NCBI GenBank assembly: GCA_043228905.1
Contig: JBHGNT010000020.1
Coordinates: 6,696,001 to 6,760,000 of the forward strand
Length of the DNA: 64,000 bases
From: Azolla caroliniana
Taxonomy: Eukaryota > Plantae > Polypodiophyta
Direction of reading: 5' to 3'
The notes below the pieces were generated by a model. It ran no database searches, had not been told where the DNA came from, and was given only the letters and a program-made list of their open reading frames with translations. Shown here in pieces: positions 24,544-37,774 of the stretch (its first letter is position 1; every line of letters starts with the position of its first letter). The translations under genes and the position numbers were made by a program.

Positions 24544-24549
24544 ACATTT

Positions 24550-26669
24550 GTATCTTAGGACGAATTGGAGATGCCTTTTGAGTCATCTAATTCCGATCAT
24601 GAGGATGAGGTGGTGGATCCCTTCATGTATTGTTCTCGCAAGTATTTTGAATTCTCAAGAGGTACGTATGATTTGATGGTTAAAGATTTATCAGGACAAG
24701 TTAAGGTAGCATTAGAAGCATTACGTGATGTCGCAATGGGTGCACCTCTCAATCTCCATGCATGGAGGCGCATGAAGAGTCATCTCATACTCGGGAATGA
24801 GAGTGCAATCTACCTTAAGGTGTCACCTAATCTTCAAGTAATAATATACGTCAAGAAGTGGAGGGAGGTAGTATTAGTGTCACATGGTGACGCATCCTAT
24901 CACATATTTTCAAAGATTCTTAAAGAGTTAAAGCAGGATTATGTGACTAATGTACGTGATTATGGCATCGCAACTGAGTATGTAAAAACACGCATTAGAA
25001 GTTGTGGTTGCCAAATGGTGTCGAAGATCGACCCGAACAAAGGTTTGGGATCGAGCATGGCCAAATATAACAAGACCCAACCCATAGAAGTGATCAAGGT
25101 AGAAACCCACCAGTTAGATGTTGCGCTCACGGATTTGCAAACCAAGTATCACACATGCTTAAGGAAAGGAGTCAAGAAGGGTATGTGTGTGACTAGGTAT
25201 AGTTGTCATCGTGCTGGGACATCTCAACTTGCGTCTAATTCCACTCGACGACGTAGGTGCATACCCCGATGTGGGTGTACATTCCATGTGGACATTAGAA
25301 TGAATGACGGGGTTGACAATGAGACACTGACCATTTCAATATATGGACCTCATAGTGGTCATGTACCATGTAATAGGTCGGATGTGTACCTTTTGCCAAC
25401 ACACCCCAATGTCATAAGTTGTTGCAAAGATGACCTATTTGATGTTGGTATGCAAGGCATGTGGCACGAATGAGCATGCATAAGGAAGCATATCATAAGT
25501 CCAAGGCTAGTCCATTAGAGCTTGTTAGCTATATGTTCTTTATGATACCAAAGGTCCATAACTTGGCAAATAGGTTAAAAATCGGGAGTTCCATGACTAA
25601 GGTTGATTGGTCTTTGATTATGCAAGATGCTTATGCACTCCTAGATCTTGGGAAAGTGGCTTGAATGTTCAACCCTACTTGCCTGGTGAACCAGAATCTC
25701 CCGCGAGACAACCATTTATCTTGATACTTCAAGATCAACAGATGTTGGAAATGTGTGAGCGGTTGACCCTAAACAACTCTTGGGCAATCGAGTCGACATT
25801 TAAAACAAACCAATTCGGGCTACCATTATATGCAATTGTTGCCCCCAACACCATGGGAATTGGGATCCCATTATGGTACATGTTTTGTAATTCTAATAAG
25901 GGGTCAAAACACGAGCAAGTCGCATTAGAAACTTGCTTGAGAGTCATATTCGCAAGGATGCCCACGGTCTAGCCAAATGCGATAGTGATTGATAAATGTT
26001 AGATATCATATAATGCCATAACTAACGTGGTTGCAACAGACCATCAATCTTGGATTGTTGTAAATGGCCAACGGTCACAAACACATTGTCGACTTTTGTT
26101 GTGTCAGTTTCACGCCAAAAAATTATGGGTGGACCCAAATGCGAATGGACCATAATATATAAATACAAGTGGAGACAGAGGTAGAACAAGTCAGGGAGAC
26201 AAACCCCACAACATCAGAGATTGAATCATTGAAGTCCAAAATACAAATGGCCAAGGAAGCACTTCAATGTCTCAAGCAGGGGTTAGGAACCTTTGACCAT
26301 GCAAATATTTTGGAATGTATAGAAACATTGGAAGATATGACTGAGAAGGTGTATCACGTTGGTGCACCAAAATCAATCAATGAAGAAGATGGCAGATCAA
26401 TAAGTCGCAACCAACAAATCGGTGCCAAGAAAAGCACAACAATAGACAACTCGCAAGAACTTATTGGCAATTCCCCAAACACTTCCAAATCCCACACTGG
26501 AAAACTACAAAGAGGTGCAAGTCGGGCTAGGAGGCGATTGCCAATATGTGACCATGAGAAGGTTCGCTGTTTGCATTGTGATGGCTTGACCTTGACTTCA
26601 AGGGACTCGATTGTTACATATTGTAAAAATTGTGGTTGCATTTTGCCATCATCCCGACATGAGCCGTAA
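24550..26669 (+). pseudogene. Mutator-like (MULE) transposase remnant with FAR1/WRKY-GCM1-type zinc finger and C-terminal CxxC-CxxC
   Basis: YSCHRAG...RCGCTFHV...HSGH; WAIESTFKTNQFGLPLY (first catalytic D reads E); PNAIVIDK; LLCQFH. Frameshifts and stops. Confidence 0.75.
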
Positions 26670-26959
26670 TTGTTATATGTAACGTGTGTATTCATATTTC
26701 ATTTTAGGGTTCCAAGGCTTGGATTATTCCCATTGTCAACATTTGACACTCTAATCTTTTATGTAAGACTTGTTATTTGAATCGTCAAGCTGATTTGTTA
26801 TTTGAAGCTTGGAGATATAAGTTTGTGTGATCTTTTAGCTTTAAGTTTTAGGTTTTGAGCAATTGGAAGCTTCGTTTTTTTTTGAGTAATTTTATGCATC
26901 ATTTTCATAGCAGATATTTGTTGTAGACTTACAATTTTCGGGAGTTTTTGATGCTTGTT

Positions 26960-27263
26960 TCTAAGTCGGGCTCCTGCCTTGAGTCGGTCAGGCTCCTGGT
27001 GAAAGAGGTTGTTAAACAGCAGGGCTCCTTTTGACAATGTCGGGCCCCTCGTTACAGAGGCCGTCAAACAACCGGGCTCCTTGTGACAGAGTTGTGCTCC
27101 TAGTTACAGAGGCTGTTAGACAATGGGGCTCTTGGTGACAGAGGCTGTCAGAGAGTCAGGCTCATGGTGACAGTTGATGTCAGCTTTTTATCCACATTGG
27201 ACGGTGGAGATTGCACACGCCATCAGCGGTGCGACCTGCACCGTCTATGCCCGCGATTCCCTC
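26960..27263. repeat. Subterminal GGCTC-n-GTGACAGAG repeats and candidate right end of the MULE
   Basis: About 6 related motifs at 27020-27175; sequence ends ...GCGATTCCCTC (GAGGGAATC on minus). No matching left terminus found in the window. Confidence 0.45.
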
Positions 27264-27614
27264 ACTTGCCCTCTTAAATTTTTGGTAGTACATAGTTAGT
27301 CACGAGCGTGTCTCTCTTATCTACGTATGATACATACATGTAATCAATCATACATAGCTCTATGTACATATGTATGTATGATACATGTTGATGTAATCAT
27401 AGATCTATATTCGTATGTATGTTATGAACTTATGTCTAAGCGTGCGCCGGTAGGCCTAATAGACTAAGGTTAAAAGAGAGGCTCTGATAAAATCAAACTA
27501 TTCAAAATGCTTTCTAATTTTCTGCATCCGATGCAAAATTCTTGGCATCAAGGCCTCCTTCTTTCTCCCTTCGTGCTGCCAGTTCAATCCGAGTGAGTTT
27601 TTTTTCCCTTCTTC

Positions 27615-30600
27615 ATGTGGAGAAATAGTAGGGTTTCTTCTTCAGGGAGGGTCAAGAAACAGAGTACCCTGTTTCGTCTTTTCTTTTTCTTTATTTGTTT
27701 TTTTCTGTTCTTTTCTTTGCCCTTTACACTGAGAGCATCAAATGTGAACCTTTGGAAGAATAAGATCTATCGTGGGTCTTTGAGTAATGATATTGGGTCT
27801 TTGAAAACCTATTCAAGTAATTGTGATATATATACTGGAACTTGGGTTTACGAAGATGCACAACCTGTATACAATTCCTCTACCTGCCCTTTCGCTGAAC
27901 CTGGATTTAGTTGTCAAGATAATGGACGTCCTGATGCCGATTATTTAAAGTGGAGATGGAAACCGTCTGGGTGTGATATTCCATTGTAAGTTTGAATCCA
28001 TTTGAATTTGGTTTTTGATTCAATTTGATGAGGATTTCGATTAGGTGTAATGTGGTTTGAATTTGCCGCAACCTGGTTAAATTTAGATTTGATGTGATTA
28101 TAGATCAATTCAATGTAATGACATCTTGATTCAGTGTGATTTTAGGTTTAATTTGATGTGATTAGGTCTGTTTCGATATCATGTGTTTATGGTTTGTTTT
28201 GGTGTGCGTAGGGTTTAATTTAATGGTATTAGAGTTAGTTTCAATGTGATTCACGTTTGGTTCATTGTGATTAGACATTGATTCAGCATGATTAGGGTTT
28301 GGTTTTATGCAAATTGCATTTGATTCAATGTCTTTAGGACTAGGGTCACTGTGGTGGGATTATTGAATGAGGTTTGGAATTGATTCTATGTGATCAGTGT
28401 TCAAGTTAATATCAGTATGGTTTGATTCAATTTGAATTTGGATTCAATTCAATGTGATTATGATTTGATTCAATGTAGTTAGAATTTAATTAAATTTCTT
28501 TAAGGTTTTATACAGTGAGACACCTTCGGATATTCGGTAGCATAGCATATGTGTATGTACCGGATGAGAAGCGGAGAAAGCTGGATCCTCCACTTCTCAT
28601 CTGGTCATTATGATTTGGATTCAATTCAATGTGATTATGGTTTGGATTTTATTGTCTTTTGTTAAGGTTTGGTTCGATGCAAATAGGGTTTGATTCGGTG
28701 TGGTTTGGACTAGTCGTAATTTATTATTTCTTTCTCCTTTAGTTGTTTTCTTTGTCATCTCAAATTTCAATCATGCCTCTTATCAGGTTTAATGGCAACG
28801 ATATTCGCAATCGGCTTCGGGGCCTCCGCATTGCATTTGTTGGTGATTCCATGGGAAGAACTCAATGGGAGTCCTTCATTTGTCTTTTAATGGCAGATAT
28901 ATCAAATAAGAGCTCTGTATATGAGGTGAACGGGAATCGGATAACAAAGAAAGCACCATATCTAGCTGTTCGGTTCAGCACTTTTAACTTTACAGTAGAG
29001 TACTATCGGTCACCATATCTTGTTCAAGAAGGCCCACCACCCAGGCATGTTCCAAGAAGAGTTCGAAGAATTCTTAGGTTAGATAAGGTAGAAACAACAG
29101 AGATGAAGTGGCTTCAAGCGAATATATTGATATTCAACACTGGACATTGGTGGACAGCATCAAAGACATTTTCAAGGTATTTTGGCTATTTCTACCCTGG
29201 TGAATATTACAACAAGATGTGTGTTTGTTTGAATGTTCTTTACTGTGTGTGTCATAGTATGGCCATGTTGATTTTTAGTCAAGCTTGTTTTGGGAGGTTC
29301 TCCCTTAAAGACCATGATCGTGCGCCTTTGCCTCAACTTCCCGATGACAGATTCAAGTAAAGTCATGAAAAGAAAAATTAACGGATTTTATTCTTATTGG
29401 GCATGATCCTTGTTGCAATGCATAGTCACTTTTCTCTCCTCAAGAGCATCTACATCTTTTTGTGACTTAGCATTTTTGTCTGTCATCATGGGCTGATATC
29501 CACTGCTGCAGAGATCAACGGGAGGAAGAAGACATTTTCAACTGATATATAAATATGTGGAAAGAAGATGCTACGGAACTCTTCTAGTTCTTGATCAGTA
29601 AGGATCTTCCATTTTTCTGCATAGATAGGGTATGTGGTAATCCTCATTGCAGGAGCTTAAACGGAGACCTCTTTCTGATATATTAAGAAATAGGTTTGTA
29701 TATCTCGTCTTCTTCTTGATAATTTGTCTCTCTTTATTCTGCACAGTTCAGCCATTTATCAGAGGTTCGACCCCCATGCAACCATGCAAAGGAATTTCTA
29801 ATTGCTTCCAAATGCTATAGTTGCAATCTAGCCAAACTCTGTTAATTTGAAGTTCTGTTAGTTTTGGGGAGACATACTCAATTGGCTATAGTCATCAATA
29901 TATGATACTGCATTCACCTCAAATAAAAGGATTTGACCCTCCCCACAATCTTCCATTTTTTGGGATGGTCTTAGGCTCCCAACTATCTCCCCAGAACGAG
30001 GCCTAGTAATCGTTCTTTGGAACTCTACTACAAACTTCTACTGCATCATAGTAACTATCTCCCCAGAATGAGGGCTGGTAACCATTCTTTGGAACTCTAC
30101 TACAAACTTCTACTGCATCATGAAAGGTTCTCCCACCTGCATTTTCTTCCTACTGAGAATTTTGTTAGTTGGAACAACCAGAGAATATTTGCACCAATTT
30201 CCTATAACGAAGAAATTTTTAGGAGCGTATTCTGCAAATATTCTGTAGGAACTTGATGAGGATCCATTTCTATGGTTTGCAGTTCATTTTGCCGCTGTGA
30301 TTCTTATTAAGAGTGCACCCAGGCATCTTGAATTTCGGTCTCCTTACTTCCCAAGAAAAGTTCTGCTCTGTTTTCATTATCTATGCTTGAGTGCTGGTAA
30401 ACATCATCAGGCTGTTTTTTGTCCAGGTCTACCGACAAACCTTTGTCTGTGCAAAAATGTTTTGAAGGTCTTTAGATGCCTTTGTAATCCCCCCAGAGAG
30501 TCATAGATCAGCACATTTTCATCAGCATATAGTAATACCCATATGGTTGTACTCACTAAGCATTCTCCCCAACCACTAAATCTCTGTGTAATGCGATGCC

Positions 30601-33558
30601 TCATCTATGTAGAGACCAAAGAAAAAGAAAGAAAGAAAGCTATATTAACCTGAGGCCAAAATGGCCTAGAAGACCAAACAAGAGGTTACATTTTACAAGA
30701 CTGATGTTGCTACAGAAAGTTGTGATTGTCCTCTCTTGAGGAGTTGTGGTTGTATGTGGTTCTTCAATAACTTCTCTCTATGTCTCTTGAATTCTAATAA
30801 GAGCCATCCCAAACACCTTTGGTCTTTGTATTCCATGATCTTGCACAGTGGGCCAAAGCCTTTTTTGAAGAGGCAGCGATATCTCCCTATTATTTTTTTC
30901 ATATCACCATGGTGGTCAACATTCTGATTCTTCCAATTCTACCCCATGATGCAAAGTTGGCATATCTGTTCTTCCATAGATTTGCGTTCATATCTTCCTA
31001 TCTCAATGTCTAACTGATGTGATGAGGTTCTGATCCACCCTATCACACTATGTAACGCATGAGATAGATGTGTGTCAATATAAGAAGTCTTGATAATAAA
31101 TCCATCTAACGATGTGTAAAAAGAGTGCCTTGTAGTGGGCCATCTTCCTCCCAAGAGATGTTGTGGGGCTGATTTATTTTCCTTCATTGTCCAATTCTGC
31201 ATCAACTGCCCTTCTTAATTTTCCAATATTGAATTTTAATGTACTGTTAATACAACTGGATGAAAGAAATTTTCATTTGAGATTGTTCTGTAGTAAGCAT
31301 CCAATCTCCAATGTGGCCTTGGGGAGGTCATTTCACGGCATTGTGGGCATTGTCCTTACTTTCAATATGCACAAGTAAAATAAAAATAGACTTTGCACCA
31401 CACATGCATCAAAAAATATTTTCTCTAATCTTCCATCTTTGGGTTGTGTTCAACTTGTGCAAATTCATAAGATTGGGCCGTATCGAATTCCATTCTCCTT
31501 GTTAAAAGAAAGAAAGATATATCAACGTCTTTTAAGAGGCAAAGTGGCCAATTATACTGAACAAGGGATTACGTCCAAAAATGTTGCCACTTTTCTGAGA
31601 ACAACAAAGATAAAATTAATATAACTAAACACGGGGCACTAGAGAATCTAGTTATACAAGCACTCAAGATTCTGATTTTAGAGAGATTGAAACTTCTGCC
31701 TCAAAAAATATCCAACTTGGGCCACTCCCATATTGAGAGATATTGGAAGAACCTTCAGTTTGGGGCGATAATGGCATTTACTTTTGATGGCAAGGACGCC
31801 AGGGCTGTGATTCAGATTGTAGTGGTCTACTTGCATGGCCACATTGCTATTGCCTAATCATTTGTAACCACTTTCGAGTGTCTGGTCAAGACCCCACATC
31901 TGTAGCCTCTAATTGACTTGTATCATGATCGATGGAACTAAAGATAGTCGTGGTGATTCTTTGTTGATGAGCTGTTGTGGTTTTGTTCGTGTCCTTCAAC
32001 TTCCCTATATGTCTCTTGGGTTCTAACAAGAAAAATCCCATGCACCATTGGTCAATGTTTTCCATTACCTTGCTTAGTGGGCCAAAGACTTGTTTGAGAG
32101 ATAGTGGTAACTCCTTATTTCATAAAAAACAACACAATGGCGGACAAAACGTTCTTCTGATTTCACCTCCCATGGCAAATAGATCCGTTCTTCTCTGCAT
32201 CTTTGCCTATCTCAACTTCTAGCTGCTGTTAAGAGGTTCTGAGCTTCCCTTTCACACTTGGAATGCATAAGATAGATGTGTATCCGTGTTAGAATGCCTG
32301 ATGATAAATCTATCATACAACTTGTGTAAAAAGAGTGTCTTATAGTGGGCATAGTGGGCCATCTTTATAAGAATAGATGTTGTGGAGCTGATCCATGTTC
32401 TTTTGTTCGCCAATTTAATTATATCTGCTCAGTTCTATTTTTCTTTCCCCACTTTGGTAATGTTCAGTGTCAACAGTCCAAGCTATATTGGAATGGGAGT
32501 AATGTATTTATACTTTTGCAATGTGTCTTGAACCATTGCTGAGAGAGAGAGAGAGAGAGAGCTAAAACAGTTCGTATTTTCTTGGAGAATTGGGCTGCAC
32601 ATTAAGTTTGGTTAACTTGAGTACAATTAATAGAATCTCTGCTTTTGTAAAAGAAAATACTTCAACGAAAATATTATATTTTAATTTGTCTGTGGGTTAG
32701 TAACTTATTGACTGGTTGCAGGGGCTGCTATTTCCAGATTGATAAGTCAATAAAACTTGGGTTGAACTTGGAAAATGCATACCGCATAGCATTGAGCACA
32801 TGGGCAAATTGGGTCAAGTCAAAGGTCAACCCAAACAAGACTCAAGTCTTTTTTCGCAGCTATGAACCTGCCCATTGGGAGTATGTCATCTTAAACAAGA
32901 CAATGATGCCATTCTTTTATCATTATCTTTACTCATATAAAAAAACATTCTCCGAGATGACATGTTCATTATCTCTTTAGCCACATAATAAGCTCTTTGA
33001 CTTGACATGACTTATTTTTTATGTTTTAATCATTTAAAACAAATTCTCGTTATTTTCTTTCTTTAAGTCAGCTCTTTGACTTGACTTGTTTTTTGCTTTT
33101 TTTATCAGATATGATATTTTTTACTTCAGTTGCTTGATTTTGTCATTTTTTCAATCATGAGGACAAGATTTTCACTTGATTTAGCTATTTTGTATCGTTA
33201 AACATGTAAAAAAGATATTTGATTTTAGTTGGCCTGACTTTTTTTTATGAGTAGGGGTCATTGGCGTGATCGTTTGTGCCGATCAGAAACAAAGCCAGTC
33301 CTGAACTTGAGTTATACCGAAGAATTCCCTCACCTGTTTGTGTTGAATGATGTAATCAAGAATGTAAATGTACCAATTACTATATTGAATATTACATCTA
33401 TGTCAGCATATAGAAGAGATAGCCACGTTGCAAATTGGACAAGAAATAGTGATATAGTGGATTGTGGTCATTGGTGCCTTCCAGGATTGCCAGACTCATG
33501 GAATAGGTTGCTGTATGCTGCATTGCTTCAAAGAGGAGAAGGACCTTGGTCTAACTAA
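27615..33558 (+). CDS. TBL: TRICHOME BIREFRINGENCE-LIKE polysaccharide O-acetyltransferase (PMR5N + PC-esterase). Exons 27615-27985, 28787-29176, 32722-32880, 33255-33558; 407 aa
   Basis: N-terminal TM helix, CDIYTGTWV...CPF...C..NGRPD..YLKWRWKP..C, FVGDSMGRTQWES, NTGHWW, DCGHWCLPGLPDSWN. GT-AG junctions keep frame (1224 nt total). Confidence 0.93.
28512..28605 (+). other. Short Copia integrase fragment with fold-back, inside TBL intron 1
   Basis: Encodes TVRHLRIFGSIAYVYVPDEKRRKLDP; 28589-28605 is an inverted copy of 28559-28575 with 2 mismatches. Confidence 0.75.
29981..30121. repeat. About 72-bp tandem duplication
   Basis: aactatctccccagaa...ggaactctactacaaacttctactgcatcat occurs twice. 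Confidence 0.8.
30690..31260 (-). mobile_element. Non-LTR retrotransposon (LINE) 3'-end fragment in TBL intron 2
   Basis: IRTSSHQLDIEIGRY...ICQLC, a LINE ORF2 C-terminal Cys motif. A paralogous copy lies at 31960-32400. Confidence 0.6.
31960..32400 (-). mobile_element. Second LINE 3'-end fragment of the same family
   Basis: Shares blocks with 30740-31175 (gtgggccaaag, gatagatgtgt, tgtgtaaaaagagtg, gatgttgtgg.gctgat). Confidence 0.6.
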
Positions 33559-36500
33559 GAAATGGCATATCATCAATTGATGATTATAACCACCTAATTT
33601 TCTATACGACTTGTGATAGATGCTCAAAGCATCTGCCAGTACCTTGGATTTTAAGTTATGCAGGAGGTTCCATCCAAAGGTTTTGTGAGGCTTGTTTAAA
33701 TGGACCTTTGGAATTGCAGTGAATATTGCAAGAGATATATGGAGATGGGGAATTGATTGTAAGGTCTGTATGTTGTAATAAGTATTGCTTTAGAAGAAGA
33801 TATTGTATTATCATTCAGTTGGGAACCAGTTGTTTTACAGATCTCTACTCATTTTCTCTTCTAAGGAAGCAATTATTCTTTGAGTTGTACCTTCTTTTCG
33901 AGTTGTATTGTGTCACATTCTTTCTTCAACTAGAATAACAATCTTCTAAAAAAGCAACAAAGCGACTATATATCATTGTTTGTTTCTTTTGTATGTGTAA
34001 GAGAAACCCAAATAGTGATGTACTCGTGAATATTTTTGGAATGTAACTGTTTATTTTTACATAATCACAATGTCATTTTGTTTTCGACCTATCGACTGTG
34101 TTTCTTGATTTGCAAGTATAATGTTTGTTAATCGAATCCTAAATTGACGAATTTGTTTCTTGATTTGCAAGTGTAATTTTTGTTAATTGAATCCTAAAGT
34201 GACAAATTTGTGAAATATACATATAGCATCCAGATGCTATGTATATTGCAACCTTGCTAAATGTTTTCGACTACCTGAACCAATTGTTAGAATATATTGT
34301 CATGTTTCAATATTGCAATCTCATTTGAGCTAATATTGCAACATTTCTTTCTTAGGGGTCTGCACATAAGCCAAGAACAGAGTTGTATTTTGTCACTTTA
34401 ATGAGCATAAAACTGCCATTGATGGATCAATACTTGAAAAGCTTTCCAAATGTTTGATTTGCAATCAAAAGTATCAATATGACTAAGATGTAGAAGACTA
34501 ACAATGACACTGTGATGAGGTGATGTCACAATAGCAACCGCAATGTGGATACATGGTCTGCAAACTCCAAATGGACGCCATCTCAAATGATGTAATATGA
34601 TGGGATATACATGTTGGTTGATGGAGTGCAATGCAATTTGATGACACTTCAATCACAATGAGCTATAACATGTTAAAGAGGAGGCATAGTCAAAACCAAG
34701 TGTGCCTTATCTTGTTTGTAAGCACTACAATGTAAAAATAAAGCTTGTTTTTAAACCTTGATGACAAGACTAATAGGTTCCACCTTTGGAAATCCATGTC
34801 TTTAGCACATGTTAATGCAAAGGTAATGTTGAGTCTAAGATTCATTTTTGCTAGATAAATTCCTTCATGTGTAGGTGAGATATCACATATAAGAAGGCAC
34901 TAAATGCAAAAGAACTATTTGAGAGTGATCTAATATGCATACATGATAGGTATATATTATCCAAGTCCATGAAAGTTTATACTCTTTTTCTTGAAACATG
35001 GCTTTGTAAAACCATTAGTGAACAATCTCTGTCGGTGAGGACTCATACCTATATCCCCCAAAATGGAAAAATGGTTGTGTTCCACAATATAAAGATGTTC
35101 CTTCAACGTTTTCCTCTTCATGCTCATTATTGGTATTGAGAATTGATGGTTGCATCTTATCCAACCTATAGTTTTTTCATGAGTACAATACAAGCCAAGG
35201 GTTGAAAATAATAGCATGTTACATTGCCTTAATAAGAAGATATACCTTTCCAAACATATTAACAAAAGGCGAGATGTTTTCCCGTCCATATTCATTATGG
35301 AAGTAACTCTTAAATTCAAGCAAAAGTGGAGCAAATACATTCATTTGGTTCAACAATTGTTACATGCATTAAAGAAGATATCTTACATCCACATTTTTCC
35401 ATTATGCGCAAGAGGCAAAATGATGTTACATTATGAACACAATGAGTACATTTGGAAATCCATGTTTAGAGTAATCCAATTTTTCTTATATACACCACAT
35501 CCACATTTCTTGATTCGACCCTAGACTCTTACACTAACTTTTGAATTGATATAACCACCCCCACCGCCCCGGTATTTAAGCAAAAATCGTGTATGCTAGA
35601 GGATTTCTTTTAATCCAATGTTTAATGCATATCCATTATGTGCACACCATCCTCTCCTCAAAGTGAATGTCAACAAAAAGATTTTGTTTTCTTTTGTCGC
35701 AGATGTGATTTTTTGTATGATTTGAGAGCATTTTATCTATAAATCAACACATATCAAGTCATCTCAAATGGACACCTCATTTCTAAGGACGTTTAACTTC
35801 GAACATTTAATTTGATGCTTGTCCATTAACATGTTTTATGAATTATTCTCAAATGCATTGCTAGCATAAATTCTCAAAAAATGGAAGAAAATTAAGATGT
35901 TGAGAGTCACTTGGGACCAAACACCTTTCCAACGGATTCCTATATGTTGCTTCTAGGCAAAGACTTTTTATCATCCACATGAAATTTGGTTAGTTGAGGT
36001 GCACGTGCAAGTACCTCAAGAAAGTTATGAAAAGGGCATGCATGCATCATTTTCGTACTGACTTTTTATCATATTTAATTCACAATCCAACCAAGCCGGG
36101 GAAAATATGGAGAGTTGAATATTTGCATAAATGTGCATCAAACATAAGGAAAGCTTTTATGAAAAATACGTTGTCAAGTAACATTTTAGCCATCATGTAT
36201 GAAAAGAAAAATACACATAAATATATACAATGGGCAATTTCACTCAATCTCATATAATAGGGCCATAGTACAAAGAGTGCATTCATTATGTTTACATTTC
36301 CTTTTTACTCACATATAGGAGTTCACAACAATGTTTACGTTAATTGTTTCATTTGATTCTTCAGATTCAATAAAATCAAATGTTGTGGTAAGTATGTATA
36401 TGATGCTTATTAGGGAGCATAGATTGTGGGCAATGAAAATGCTAGGTGCATTATTAGAAATAACTCATTACTGCAAACAAGAGAAACTCATGAGAAGTGG

Positions 36501-36589
36501 TTAATTTCCTATTCGAATTGTGACATAAAAGTCTATACAATTGTTTTCTTTTTTCCAAAAAAAAAGTCTATACAATTGTTATAAATTTT

Positions 36590-36922
36590 CCTCAAAATTG
36601 AAAGAAAATATTTTGAAGATAAAGCAAGAGAGGTGTTTTTGTTGATGTGAGATACAAAGTATTGACATGCCTATAACTATTCCTGGACATTTATCCACTT
36701 TGAAAGAGAAAGAAATTATCAGCATGTACATGTATAAATTTGTGACATAAAAGTCTATAAATTTGCTATACATTTTGCTCAAAATTGAAAGAAAATATTT
36801 TGAAGATAAAGCAAGAGACGTGTTTTTGTTGATGTGAGAGACAAAGTATTGACATGGCTATAACTATTCCTAGACATTTATCCACTTTGAAAGAGAAAGA
36901 AATTATCAACATGCACATGTAT
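36590..36922. repeat. About 187-bp tandem duplication
   Basis: ctcaaaattgaaagaaaatattttgaagataaagcaagag...gaaagaaattatca at 36591 and 36778. Confidence 0.85.
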
Positions 36923-37774
36923 GCACATAGGCAAGCTCTGATTTTAATGGTTGTATGGTAAAGATATATATCTAATGAAGTAAAATGTTAAAAAAAGAAA
37001 GAGAGTAACTTCGACACTTGCCTAACAGTTGACCTAGGTCTATGAAATTTAATATAACCCAATTAAGTTTTAATTACATTAGTGTATTTGGGTATGACAT
37101 CTATAGTTGTGAATTTGAATAAACTTTGTAGGTTTAAATGATATGTTGTAAATAACTAGTGATGAACTAGCAAAATAATATGTACTTTGGGAGGCCCAAA
37201 AGACAACTTCTACATTAAGTCTTGTGTTCTTGGTCCATCATGACCTTCACCATGAATGCATTGTGATGCACCACGCACTCATATTCGAACCTTATTATCA
37301 AGTTCTTCTATCAGCTCGATTGATTAAGTTTTTCATTGGCCACCTCTACCTTCTTTTACTCCATTCGTCCTCAATATAAACACACCATATATTCATTGAC
37401 AATTGATCAGGGTGACTAATTAGTCCTTACCTTAGGCGCGGTCTCTTGGCCTTGTGCTTGGGAATCTTGCCCTTTCTTCTTTTTGTATGGGTGTACAACC
37501 GAGGTGACACCACATCAAAGGTTTCTTCATGCCTAGTAGTACTTTGATTGCTTGACGGTACTTGACGTTCACTTTCTCGTAGTGAACATTGTTGGGTCTC
37601 ACTTCTTCACTCTCAAGATCAACATCAATCTGCTTGACTCAGGCACGGTGGGGGTTACTAGTGTTAGGGCATACCATGATACTGCTTCATCAAATATTAC
37701 TAAATTTAGGATTTGGCCATGATTAACAAGTATACTTCAATATATTTGTGATTTCTACAATCCGTAAAATGTTG

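Noticed and set aside
27320-27430. Quasi-palindromic TACAT/ATGTA region upstream of TBL as a miRNA hairpin
   Set aside because: Low-complexity sequence that pairs trivially; no clean long stem.
34300-36300. Possible very old minus-strand MULE/SWIM transposase remnant
   Set aside because: Only vague resemblance, with stops in all frames; not supportable without a translated search.
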